64,000 bases of DNA from assembly GCA_964036045.1 (NCBI GenBank), contig OZ038378.1, positions 17,670,001 to 17,734,000 on the forward strand. Reading direction: 5' to 3'. Source of the DNA: Eutreptiella sp. 'Long Island Sound 2002'. Taxonomy: Eukaryota > Protista > Euglenida. The translations under genes were made by a program, and so were the position numbers. Each line of letters begins with the position of its first letter. The stretch's first letter is position 1. Shown here piece by piece: positions 25,926 through 38,997 of this stretch. The notes beneath the pieces were generated by a model that was given only the letters and a program-made list of their open reading frames with translations, searched no databases and was not told where the DNA came from.

Positions 25926-28504
25926 TCATTTCTTTTCCCGCGTCACTCCTGGCGCTGCTGGGATGGAGGCACTGGACGCAGTAATTTGAGCTGGAGGCAG
26001 GTCTTCTCTTCGTTGCGTGGATGAGCGTACCGCTCGATTCTGCGGTTGTGGAGAATTGATACTGGGTGTTCCTGCCGCTGGTCGTTGTTGATAAGGTGTT
26101 GGATGAGCTGTAGGGTGAATGTTCCCGTAGAGGTGTGGCTGGTAGGGAGAGAATGATGGCTGCATGGGGGGCATGGGCGGATGATGAGGAGGGTACCATG
26201 GGTACATGGGACTTTGAGGTGGATACGGGCTGTACTGGTGCCCTGGTACTACTCCTGGCATTGCTGCAGGTGGGGGTGGTGGCGGGGCCACTCCGGCTTG
26301 TGCTGGTGTGCCTGCTGATTCTTTCTTCCTTCTTTTCGCTGGGTTGGGTGGTTCATATGGATCTCCCTTTTCATTCTTTGACCGTACTCCAATATACTTG
26401 TTGTTGCCGATGTGCAGCCGTACTTTGTCTTTGCCCTGTGCTAAGGTATTCCAGGGATTCACACTGTTGAGAAACCAGTATCCCTTGTTGATGGCTGCAG
26501 GTTGCAGCCCTGAATCATTGCCAAAGTGCTTCTCAATCTCGTTCTCAAGGTCCTTGTATGGCACATCTTTGGTTTGGGTGATCATCAGTTTGACTCCTTG
26601 TCCTTGATGCTGAGGATATTGTGGTGGTTGCTGCACGGGTGGTTGCGGGGGCTGATTCATTGGAGGGAAAGGCAGCAGTGAGTTCCTGGGTGTTGTGGGT
26701 TGCATTTGCGACGTGCTTGATCTTTGTGGGAGATTTTGTTGGTATTGTTGGTACTGTTGATATTGTTGAGTTGGCATTGGAGTTGGGGTTTGTGGCTGGT
26801 ATTGGGTGACAGCAGTAAGGGGCTGAGTTGGCTGTGGGGCTGTGGTGGCTGAGTGGTGGGGATTCTCTTCCTCCGGAACCATCCATTGGTTGATCCATTC
26901 TGGAGTTTGCACATTCACTGTGGCACCCAGATTCTCTAGTTCAGTCTGCACAGTGTCAAAGTCTGCGACATTGGTGGTGGTTGCAAGATTTCTTATTACT
27001 GCATTCCACCACTGGGCTGCGGTTTGAGCAGACATCAGACTCAATCTGGTGTTCTCTTCTGTATGAAATGAGACTGCCAGCAACGTCGCCGACATGGTCC
27101 CATCGGCATCCTGCGGGATGGATTGCCACATTTTCTTCAATTCGCTGATTCTTTTCCTTGTCTCGGGGGAAGAGCCGACAGTTCGTCCTTGCATATATCT
27201 CAACCAATCCTGCAGTGCCTGCGTTACTGCTGGGATGTCACCCGATAGGGCACACATGTGGGCTTTGAGTATGGCCCCGAGTTGTTTGCACTTTTGTGCT
27301 TTTTGGAAGAAGTTGAGGATTTCGTAGCCGCTTTGACTGACAGTAGACGCATGTACAGCTGGCGTGCAGCAACTTCGCATTCGCTGTCATCCAGTGCATC
27401 GTATTTCTCTTGTACTTTGGCAATGATTTCCTCGAAGTTGGCGTAGTTGTCGTTAGTTGCAGCTTGTAGAGGGGGATGAAGTCCTGGCATTCTTTGATCT
27501 TGGGATGAGAGGCTTGGATGGTTTCTGGGCACGTAGGATCGACTGGCATTGTTGAATGCAAATTTGTTGTGATCTGTGGAGTATCTCTTGGAAGATTCGT
27601 TGTCCCTTGGACCTGAGAGGAGCATCAAGTCTGCTGTTGATGGAAATGCTGGGGGTTTGATGGCCGCTGTTCTTCGATTCTTTGCTGCTGGTGGAGCTTC
27701 CAGTTGCGCATCAAGATGTGCATCCAGATTGATGATGGGCGGGTGAGGGTTTCTGCGAGGGGATTGAGCACGAGAAGGGGATTGCCCTCCCGGGGATGGA
27801 GCACGTTGCTGCGAGCTGGCACGGTTTCCTTTGGGTTGGGGTGTGCCTGGTTTCAGAGAGCGGAGCGTGGTGGTGATACTCGCCCTCAACGACTGGTCAG
27901 ACATGGCCTGTCTCTGCGGTTTTCCATCAATGAAATTAGGGGTCCATGGTGGCAGCTTCTGTTGAAAAGTGGCCCATGCTGCATATAGAGCAGCCCAGTA
28001 GTACAGCCAGAAGGTGGTTTCAGAAAGTTGCTTGTCTCCTTCGATTAATCTGCCGTCAGCCTCCAGTAGTTGTTGAAAGTTGTGGTGGTCATCGTTGATG
28101 AGCTTGTCGAATTTTTCTTTGGCATTCTCTGATTCCAGATAATGAGACATTCCGTCAAGGATGTCGCACCATTCTTCATTGGACGCATTCTTAAGCCATT
28201 CTTGAGCCTGCATCGTCAGGTCTTTGATGGTAAGCCACATGTAATCCGGAAACTCTGTAACCAGTAGAGTCAAGTCTTCCTCGGAGATCGATGCACGCAT
28301 CAGGGAGGCAAACATTCCGAAGCACGTTGCAAGGCTGGTGGTCATCAATACTTCTGATACTTCAACCTTGGATGGCCAGTGCGTCACTACTGCTTTCAGG
28401 TCCCCATCCGAATAGTAGATTCTGGTGAAGTACCCCGCGGTTGTGGGATCAACATACGCACGCTGTCGTTCTGGTGCAAGGGCAATGAATTCTTCAGAGT
28501 TCAT
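25926..28504 (-). pseudogene. ORF1 of copy A (about 860 aa when joined): helical N-part, P/Q-rich region, RRM-like domain, basic NLS-like PAKRRKK
   Basis: ORFs 27224-28510 and 25926-27380 join across a 1-nt deletion near 27320; copy B reads continuously there (VKAAAKILNFFQK). Confidence 0.75.
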
Positions 28505-28939
28505 GATCAAATTCTTTTAGAAAACATTGATTGACATTGAAGGCATGCATATCTGATATCTGGAGATGAGTTCTTTGGAGGAGCGTGGTTCACTGTTAAC
28601 GACACTACTTGAGATGAGTGTTGCACTAACTTTTGCGTGAGCACATATACAGTCATGCACTTTTGATGGATTGTTGTTCTTTCTCTTAATGCATTATATT
28701 ATTGTTGAGCAACCGTGTTCACTTGCAGCATGCACGTACCTGGTTGCGATCTTTGAATCCTGTTCTTGCGCTCTCCATCTGGGTTAGGGTAAATGCCTTA
28801 CCTGGTTTTCATTCGTGCCCTGATACTTGCATGAAGTCTGAGAGTATGTGCTGCTGTGTGGAGAATATTTTACCTTGTCTGCTTGTCTTTGAGCAAGAAA
28901 GACTTGATATGACTTTAGGTGCAGGATTATTTTTTTTTG

Positions 28940-31150
28940 GCATTGGTGATTGAGTAAGACATGGAGATGAGCGCATGGGTTCAGTTTGAGATCAATTGGG
29001 GAGCAGCATCAGTTAGCAGATGATGGCTTGGAGCAGAGAGTGGGACGAAGCTTGATTGATTCTCGGTGTGTGTTTGATATTCTTTTCTTTACTCTGAGTT
29101 TCAGTACACCGAGTCGTCAGATTCTAAGGATGATTCTGGGGCAGATTCACTGACAGAGGACGAGATATCATTCCTGTTGGGAAGAGGCGGCTCAGGTTCG
29201 TGTTGTTGATCGTGTGGGTTGCATGGCCATTCATCTTGTAGCAGAACAAGCGTGAGTTTGGGCGTTATGGAGGGTATCGGTTCTCTGCTGAACATGATGT
29301 GCAAGTCATCTGTGGCACGCAAAATTGTCATACTGGTTCTGATCTGCTCATTCTGCGGGGATGTCATGGAGATGTATATTGTTTGAGAGCCATGTTCAAT
29401 TCCCGGGCAGGCAATGCACGCATGAAGAAGTGTGGGGTTGAGTGTGGGAACATGTAGGATCATTGGGACAGGGTTCATCACTTCCTGATGAGATTGGGCT
29501 CTGCGGGTTACAGGATGGTACGCTGTAACTATGGCTCTGAGATTCCATTGCAGTCCGGGTATGGGCTGTCCTACTGGATCTGATTCTTTTAGCAGGTTCT
29601 CTCTCCGGATCAGTGGAGGCCATCGTCGTCTTCTTCCTAGTCCATTCAGATACTTTGCCCTCTGTGTGATCGTCTCCACGATTGATCAAGATGTTTCATT
29701 TGATCGCCACACTAATTCTGACCATGTGATGCATATACTGTGAGCGGACTGTTGTTCTGCATTCTTGAAGAGGAAATCATGTATCATGCCCCATTCTTGT
29801 TGTTCTCCTTCATTGAGTGTTGCAAAGGGAGCTGGGGAATTCAATTCCACTGTATGTCCTGATGATTGCAGATGGCGGGCAACTTCTGTAAATGACCACA
29901 TACATGGTATGAGACGAATTAAATATGATCATTGCATGTGTGTGCTCCATTCTGTGTCCAAAAGCAGCAGAAAGGTGAGGGCGGGGTGTATGCGGAACCG
30001 TAGCTTACTTGTATGTCCATGACAGTTATTGATTTTACTGTCGATGTGATTTTCTGAATTGATAATTGATCATCTTTGGGTGGCTAAAAAAATATATATT
30101 ATTATTTTTTTTAAATTATTTATTAAAATCATCATCATTTTTTTTTAAAGAGGAGAAGGGGTTTGAGATGTAGCAAGAGGTACCCTTGATTCTTTTGCTG
30201 TTTCTGGCATTGAGCAAGGCAGAAGGGCACGGTCAGATGTACTTCCGGTGTACTTTCTGGTGCTTGTGACAATGTCTGTGGATGCAGATGAATCTTGTCC
30301 GATGCTTTCTGTCAGGAGGGTTCACCGTTGCAACGGTGGGCGTAATTGCTGGTCCAATGGGCTGCAGCATGATTGCATGGGTGCAATGAGGTGGGTCATA
30401 TATTGCGGATGGGGATTCTATTGGCATTCGAAATTTTGCCTGAGAGTGCATGTGTTTCGGCCGTGTGCTGTGATTGGGGATTGTGTATACTCCTGATTTA
30501 CCCATCCTGGGTGTGAGCGAAGGTCAGTGCAATTGCGGGTGCGGTGTGGTTGAAATGTGATACATCTCCACTTTCAGGTGGGATACTGATCCGATTCCTG
30601 TGTTGCTTGGAAAAACATTTGCAACTTGAAGTAATGCATTCAACGGCAAATGTTGTATTCTCGATGATGGGGTGCTTAACATTCATTCTTCCGTCAGGTA
30701 TGCGGATGATGGGCGATACTTGATTGAGGGGGGGTTGAGAGAAAGTTTTTACCTTTCCAGACAAACAGTCCGGCATGGCCAGTGCGGGCAGGTTGATCCA
30801 TCCATTGTAGCTGCACCGAGTTGGGTTGAGGGACGCGAAATTTGGATGCTTCACTGTTGTTGTCGCAGTAGTCTCTGAGGACTCATGGGGGAGCATGCGT
30901 ACGAAATTCTGACGTGTGGAGGGACATGTACTGTCATGGATTCAATCAGTTTCTTTTTTGGGCAACGGGATGTTCTCGGATCATCTGCTCCCAGATTGGG
31001 GTTGAGAAACATAAAATTTGGGTGCCTCCTTGTTGCATTCACTGCGATCACTGGAGGTTCATGGGGTGCGCATGCATGCTGAATTCTGAAGTGTGACAGG
31101 TATGCATTAGCATGAATTCATTCGGTTTCTTTCTTACCCATCGGGACGTG
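28940..31150 (-). pseudogene. Internally deleted relic of a paralogous ORF2 (N-terminal/APE start plus C-terminal end) in copy A
   Basis: VPPHVRISYA and LAMPDCL resemble ORF2 VHPHIQRAYA and LGMPDIVCL; 29101-29901 parallels the ORF2 C-terminus (AKYLNGLGRRRRWPPLIRREN...ESAPESSLESDDS). The RT/RNH core is absent. Confidence 0.7.
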
Positions 31151-31182
31151 TTCTGATTCTGTGCATCCACAACGGTTCACGT

Positions 31183-33040
31183 TCATTCTTTCTTGTGCGG
31201 ATCTTCCATGTGCAGCTTCACCGTCAGCGTGACAGGCACAGTCAGTTCACTTTCTTTCCCACCACAACCTTTGCCACCGCTCTTTCCACTCTTGCCACGA
31301 TACTCTTGGTCTCGGGGGTAGCGGAACGGAGAGGTACCCTTGCCATACTGCCGATAAGCGGGAACACTCGGGTCGCGTGCATCCGGGATTTCTTTTCCAC
31401 GGGGATCTCGGGGACTGAACTGTCGGGCATGCTCATCAGAAGCAGTGGCCGAGGTCAAAAACAGCGCATCGGACAAGTTGCTGAGTCGCAACACCAGATC
31501 GTGTGCTTCGTCAGAGGCAGGCAGATGACTTGCCGCGTGGGGCTCACTGCTGTGCATAGCAGGTTCGTTGACGGGACTCCGACTGCTTTGAGATCGATAC
31601 TCATGCTGGTTGTGCTGTTCGTGCCTCAGCATACGGATCGTGTGTGTCATACCGATCGTATCGGCTTCGCCTGGGTTCATACCTGCCGTACTCGGATGGG
31701 ACAGGAGGGCTCATTCTTCGGTGCTTGGCCGGAGGCTCGTCAGCTTCTTCTTCATCACGATATTGATCGTATGCGGACCGTCTAGATTCCGTCGGACCTC
31801 CACTGCGAACGTCGCGAGCATCTTGAGGATGGCGGTAATCGCGGGGGCCGTAGACCGGGTCTCGGGAAGCAGTACTTGCATGAGAGCCAGGACGCTCGCG
31901 GATGGGGACGCGTTCACGTTCACGTGCCTGTTCACGTGCATGTTCTCGCAGGAGTGCTCGAGCAGCTTCGACTGCGTGTTCTGAGATGGGTTCTTTTGCG
32001 GACTCTCGCTCGTATTCTTGAGCTGCTGCCCTGTCATGTCCTCTGGGGCGCTCGCGGACGATATCTCGAGAAGATTCACGGGCACGTTCCCGCACCGGTT
32101 CTCTGGCGTATCCTCAGGCCGCTCCACGCACGTGATCCGGGATGTAGTCTCGATCGAAGTGTTCGCGAGTGTGTTCGCGGGAATGCTCTCGAGCTGACGT
32201 GTGGGGTGCTCCACGAGCGGAGTACGTCGAGGGCGAGGTATGCGGCGGGCCACTCTTGCCTTTGCCTTTGCCCTTGATATGCTGAGTGTACGGTGATCCG
32301 TCCTGATGCTGAGACCTGATCCGGAAGAAATCACCATCTTCTTGCAGTCGTACTCGCAGTTCGTACGTATTCTCAGAGTCCGGGCGCATCTGCTGCCAAT
32401 TCTCTTGTGTTGTCTCGATCATCCAGAATTGATGCCTTGTCGCAGCCTGCGGAATGATGGCACCCAGTCTCCTCCTGATGATGGTACTGATTTCGTAATA
32501 ATTGTCCTCATAGATGTCCTGGACTCTCAGCACGATTGGATTGTCGATATCATTCGGCAGATTTTGGGAGGCGATGCTCACATATTCCTGGCCTCGAGCG
32601 ATTCCTTGCATGGGGGCTTGATCTTGGCTTTGTTCAGGTCCTTGCGTAGGGGCTTGTTCTTGGCTCTGTTCCGGTCCTTCCTGGGAAGACATGTGGTCGG
32701 GAGACTCTGAGGATTCCGATTGCAGGTCTTGGAGTGCTCTTTTTACTTCATCTTGATGTTGGTCAACAATTTCTTGTTGCGCCGGTTCAGATTTTGGTAC
32801 TGGTTCTTGCGCAGGGGCTCGTTCATACTCTGGTCTGGGAGCTTGTTCCGCACGGATTTCTGCAGCGGATTCGGGTGCTTGAATTTGGGCGCGTTCTTCT
32901 TGAGTGTGATCATGGTCATTCGTGCGCGGAATGTTGATCGTCTGATTCGGGAAACTCCTCCATCTCCATTGCGACTCTAGTGGTGGGGTTGGTGAGCGAG
33001 AATCAGAGGAGGGAACAGGTTAAGATCTTGACCGGGACAT
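31183..33040 (-). pseudogene. ORF0 of copy A (frameshifted, early stop MSRSRS*)
   Basis: Fragments 32114-32692, 31601-32095 and 31183-31680 match the intact ORF0 of copy B. Confidence 0.75.
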
Positions 33041-33762
33041 GTTGCAGATTCCCTAGTGTTCGTTGTGTGATATTGGATAAATATGGATTAATGTCAGTGG
33101 TATATGGCAGCGAGCACAAGGAGCTGGCACTGTACCAGTTCTCCAAACACGCACGAGTTTTTTGGTGAGGCATGATTAATTTCTCGGAGAGTTCTTTCTT
33201 TTCATCAGAAATTATGGGGCAGCAAGCACAAGGAGCTGGCACCGAACCAGTTCTCCCTACATGCACGGATTCTTAGGTGAGGTATGATTGACTTCTCTGA
33301 GATTTCGATTTTTTTCACCGGGAAGCATGAGACAGCAAGTATACGGTGCTGACACCAAACCAGTTCTCCTAATACGCATGAGTTCTTTGGTGAGGCTTGA
33401 TTGTGTTCTCTGAGAGTTTTTATTTCCATCAGGAATCATGGGACAGCAAGCACGTGATGGTAGCATACTTTTGTAATGAACGATTGCACATATTAACAAG
33501 CACATGGAGCTGGCACCGAACCAGTGCTCCGGCATGCATGGTGAGAGTTAAACTGTAACTGAGAGATAACCAAACAGTACCTTACCTTACGAGGTGAGAT
33601 TATGGCTCCATCGGTTTTCTGCACACACCGCTCGAAACTGTGAGCGATTGCCACACCGGCGCCAGGAGCCATACTTGGGCCGGCCTGACGGGAAGTGGCA
33701 GGAACAAACAGGACAGTCCACAGACAACAAATGCCATTGGACTGCCCCCCGCCACCCCCAGT

Positions 33763-35046
<1,284 letters not shown>

Positions 35047-35850
35047 CCCGGGTTCATTTCCCGGAACCGCACAGGGGATAACCGCCCCATGTCAATTTAG
35101 AGACAACATCCTGATTGCCACCACCTACCCAGACACCGCCTCCCACCCCATCGTCTCTACAGTGTGTAACCTGCTGGGCGAGGCATGGAACCTGGATGTG
35201 CTCTGTGAGTGTATGTCGGGGCCAGGGGACCCCTGCAAACATCACTGCCACTCAGCGTCCACCACAGCCCTCGGCTTTGACATGATTCGGGGGAGAACGG
35301 GTAAAGGACTAGCTTACCTACACCCCAGCGCGCTCTCATCAACTTGGAGTCTGAAGAGTGCACCCCCCCTCCTGTCCCCTGCAAGCGCCTATCCTGCTTA
35401 CCTGCCGGGTATCATGACGGGCGCTTTGAGCAATGCACGCCCTTGGGCCACGACGTGGGCGGGGAGCTGCTGTCCCTCTCTGCTTGGTTACAGATAGCGC
35501 TTCTCAGCGGGTATGCACTGCCACAGGTCACCAGGGCGGCACACTCGGCGGTCACGCGGGGCCTGTCTACCAGCCCCAACGACCATACAGCCACAACCCG
35601 CTACCTGTACACGGTTCGCCACCTCCTCCCCATGCCACACTGCTGCCACCTCACCTTGTGCGCCGCGTGGCTGCGGCGTCACGCACACTGGGCGGGGGAC
35701 AGCTACAGCAGTTGGCACCTGGACCCATCCCTGTCACCAGACGGAACCACAGGCTTCTGGTGCGGAGACTGGGAAATCCTCCACCTTCACGCCGCCAAAG
35801 TTAAACCCAGCAACCATGACTGCCCCCCTTGGGAGACAATGTGTGTGTAA
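35047..35850 (+). mobile_element. 5'-truncated RT C-terminal fragment, Penelope-like-element style
   Basis: Starts at the GT tract with ...CQFRDNILIAT (motif-C-like xxDN in place of YxDD), then ALGFDM...GLAYLHP..., one frameshift near 35465, ends PPWETMCV* at 35850. The assignment rests on resemblance only. Confidence 0.4.
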
Positions 35851-35888
35851 CCCATGAATGTGCATGTTCGTGCCACAGACATGTAAGA

Positions 35889-36385
35889 GGCCTGGAGTGG
35901 ACCAGTGGTCAGCGACATAGACTCGTCTGCCTATAGCGGAGGTTCGAATCCTCCTATCGTCGTTAACGCACCACCGCCCCCTACAACAGCACACGCGGCC
36001 AGCGAGTCCACGGGCACCGGCAGCGGGCGGTGCGCTTCGCTTTTTCAGGCAATCCCCCCAAACCCCCGACCCCCTACACGCGCCCCACAAAAACGCACCA
36101 CCGCCCCCTCCGGCAGCGCGCGCCGCTTGCGCGTCTTGAACCCAGGCAGCGCGGCGAGGGGGGCGCATTCGCTGCAGCCGGGCTCCAGCAGCGAGTCTTC
36201 TCTTCGGCAGTGCAGCCACGCGCACGGCGGGAATCGAACCGGCGCCTTCACGGCACGAGCCCAGCGATTCAACCGCTGGGGTAGCACACACCACAGCAAG
36301 AAAAGCACCATGCACGCATACCAACACAACGACACGCCACGGTGTGCGCCACAAAGCGACAGCGAAATGCGTCGGATTCACTGAC
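35889..36385 (+). mobile_element. tRNA-derived SINE-like element (tRNA-like head 35889-35960)
   Basis: A-box TGGACCAGTGG (35898-35908), perfect T-arm GGAGG-TTCGAAT-CCTCC (B-box at 35941), then a GC-rich body. The 3' boundary is uncertain. Confidence 0.45.
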
Positions 36386-36653
36386 CATGACGGGCCCCCT
36401 TGGAGTTTGTGTGTGTGTGAGCGGGTGGTTACACCCGTCTCCAGCTAAGTACCTCCAGAGTAGGCATGTAAGTAGCGCTGCGGTTTTCAACAGATCATAC
36501 AATCATTGGCTAGACAGGGCCGGGCAGTGGGCAGGGTCTGTAGTGATCAGCGCAACTTGCACTGTGAGAACAAACTCCTGTACACCGTCACTCCTGTCTC
36601 AGAAAGGACCTTGCCTACCTTTTTGTTAATGGCCTGATGAAATTGTCTCGGTG

Positions 36654-36735
36654 ACCAGTGCTCTGCCTTCGCCTGCTTTCGTCTTCACTGACGTTGTGCC
36701 CCGCGTTTGGTCCCCACTGGTTTTCCCGCACGAAG

Positions 36736-36793
<58 letters not shown>

Positions 36794-36815
36794 TGTGTGT
36801 GTGTGTGTGTGTGTG
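36654..36815. repeat. Diverged 65-bp-unit variant plus (GT)n at the left flank of copy B
   Basis: gaccagtgctctgcct matches the start of the 65-bp unit, then diverges; GT/GTGC tract about 36736-36815. Confidence 0.6.
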
Positions 36816-37479
36816 TTATTGTTATTGTTATTGTGTGAGCGGTGTATGTTTAGGGAGGTATTCCCCAAGGGAGAATGGCAATCACCTCCCGTATGACGGC
36901 GTGAGCTATATGTGCCACGCGCTCGGGAGGACTACGCACCCCCACCGCCGGCCCCCGTACCTCGTACTGGCCCCTTTTGGCGGCAACGGGGTGGCTCGCC
37001 CGCTGCTTTTGCCTTCGGATGGATGATAGGTATTTCTTAGGGTGAAAACTGGGTATGCTTCTCGCTTTTGGGACTTGGGTGATTGATTTTTTCTGCATAT
37101 AGTAAGTGGTCGTGGTTTGGTGCTCGGGTTGTTACTCTGTTGGGGATTCTGATTTTTTTTTTTTGGGCATGGCATGGCATGGCATTGTGCATTAAACATC
37201 ATATTCGTTTACACACTCGATTCTCATCATGCTGCTTTTGCTTTCTGATGGATGGCGATGGGTCACAATCCGGGCATGTATGTTGCATTTCATGCTTGGG
37301 TATTGAATTTTACTGTATGTGGTGTGTGGTCATGAAAGTGAGGAGTGAGGAAGATGAGGGGTTTTGCCTGCTTTCGATTGATGCATTGAGGATTAGGGGC
37401 ATGGCATGTCAGGGAGCATCGCACGCATTGCACATTGAACATTTAAGGCATGAAATCATCGTGTGTCATTCTTTGAGGA

Positions 37480-38890
37480 TTGAATCAGGCACTTGTATTG
37501 TTTTTGAGTTAGTGGGTCAGCTTGCCGACTAGCAAATGGGGGTTGCGTCAGAGAGAAGACGGGCACATGAGAGACATTCTTTCTGCACCTGTTTCTATCA
37601 CTGGAGTGGGTCGGCAGGTCTATGGAGTGGGGAGTGGTCGAATCAGATGGAGGTGTCATGCTTCTTGAGCATTCAGCGAGTCTGGTACATTGGCACATTC
37701 GTTCTGAGGGCGTCGTCTATTGGCATTGACTCTGTGAGATTAGCACGCAGTGGGTTAAATCAGGTGGGGTTGCAACATTTCTTTTGACAGTGGAGAGCAC
37801 GTTTCCAATTCTTTGGTACTTTCGTACGCAATTCTTTCATCGGTTTTGGCTGTGTTGATTCCTTTTGAGAATCTCCACCATCAATCGGCAACGGATGAGA
37901 TGAATCGGATGGGGTTGCAACATTTCTTTGGCATGCAGGATCCTGTCCCTGATTCTTTGACGCACTTGTGCTTAATTCTTTCACAGGTCTTGAGGGCATC
38001 AGGCACTTGTATTGTTTTTGAGTTTGTGGGTCAGCTTGCTGATTAGCAAATGGGGGTTTGCGTCAGGAGGAAGACGGGCACATGAGAGTCATCCTTTCTG
38101 CACCTGTTTCTGTCACTAGAGTGGGTCAGCTGGCCTATGGTTCATTGGTACATTCGTTCTGGGGGCGTCGTCTATCGGCACGGACTCTGTGAAGTTAGCA
38201 CACAGTGGGTTACATCAGGTGGGGTTGCAATAGCGGAGAGCACATTTCCAATTCTTTGGTACTTTCGTACGCAATTCTTTCATCGGTTTTGGGTGTGTTG
38301 ATTCCTTTTGAGAATCTCCACCATCAATCGGCAACGGATGAGATGAATCGGATGGGGTTGCAACATTTCTTTGGCATGCAGGATCCTGTCCCTGATTCTT
38401 TGACGCACTTGTGCTTAATTCTTTCACAGGTCTTGAGGGCATCAGGCACTTGTATTGTTTTTGAGTTTGTGGGTCAGCTTGCTGATTAGCAAATGGGGGT
38501 TTGCGTCAGGAGGAAGACGGGCACATGAGAGTCATCCTTTCTGCACCTGTTTCTGTCACTAGAGTGGGTCAGCTGGCCTATGGTTCATTGGTACATTCGT
38601 TCTGGGGGCGTCGTCTATCGGCACGGACTCTGTGAGGTTAGCACACAGTGGGTTAAATCAGGTGGGGTTGCAATAGCGGAGAGCACATTTCCAATTCTTT
38701 GGTACTTTCGTACGCAATTCTTTCGTCGGTTTTGGGTGTGTTGATTCCTTTTGAGAATCTCCAGCATCAGTCGGCAACGGATGAGATGAATCGGATGGGG
38801 TTGCAACATTTCTTTGGCATGCAAGATCCTATCCCTGATTCTTTGACACACTTGTGCTCAATTCTTTCACAGGTCTTGAGGGCATGAGTT
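37480..38890 (-). repeat. About 430-bp tandem units (x3) in the 3'UTR of copy B
   Basis: caggcacttgtattgtttttgagtt.gtgggtcagcttgc recurs at about 37487, 38001 and 38443. Confidence 0.8.
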
Positions 38891-38997
38891 CATTTTGAGA
38901 TCAGTGGGGGAGCAGCATTGGTTAGTAGGGGATGGGTGGGAGCGGAGAGAGGGACCGAGCATGATTCGTTCACAGAGTGAGTTTGATGTTCTTTTCT

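Noticed and set aside
33600-33700. HDV-like or twister ribozyme (GGCCGGC..., GCCGGCCCAAG on the minus strand); CTGATGA hammerhead cores in the 112-bp repeats and at 36634
   Set aside because: No room for HDV P3/L3, no twister UAA/P1/P2 context, and no stem II before GAAA.
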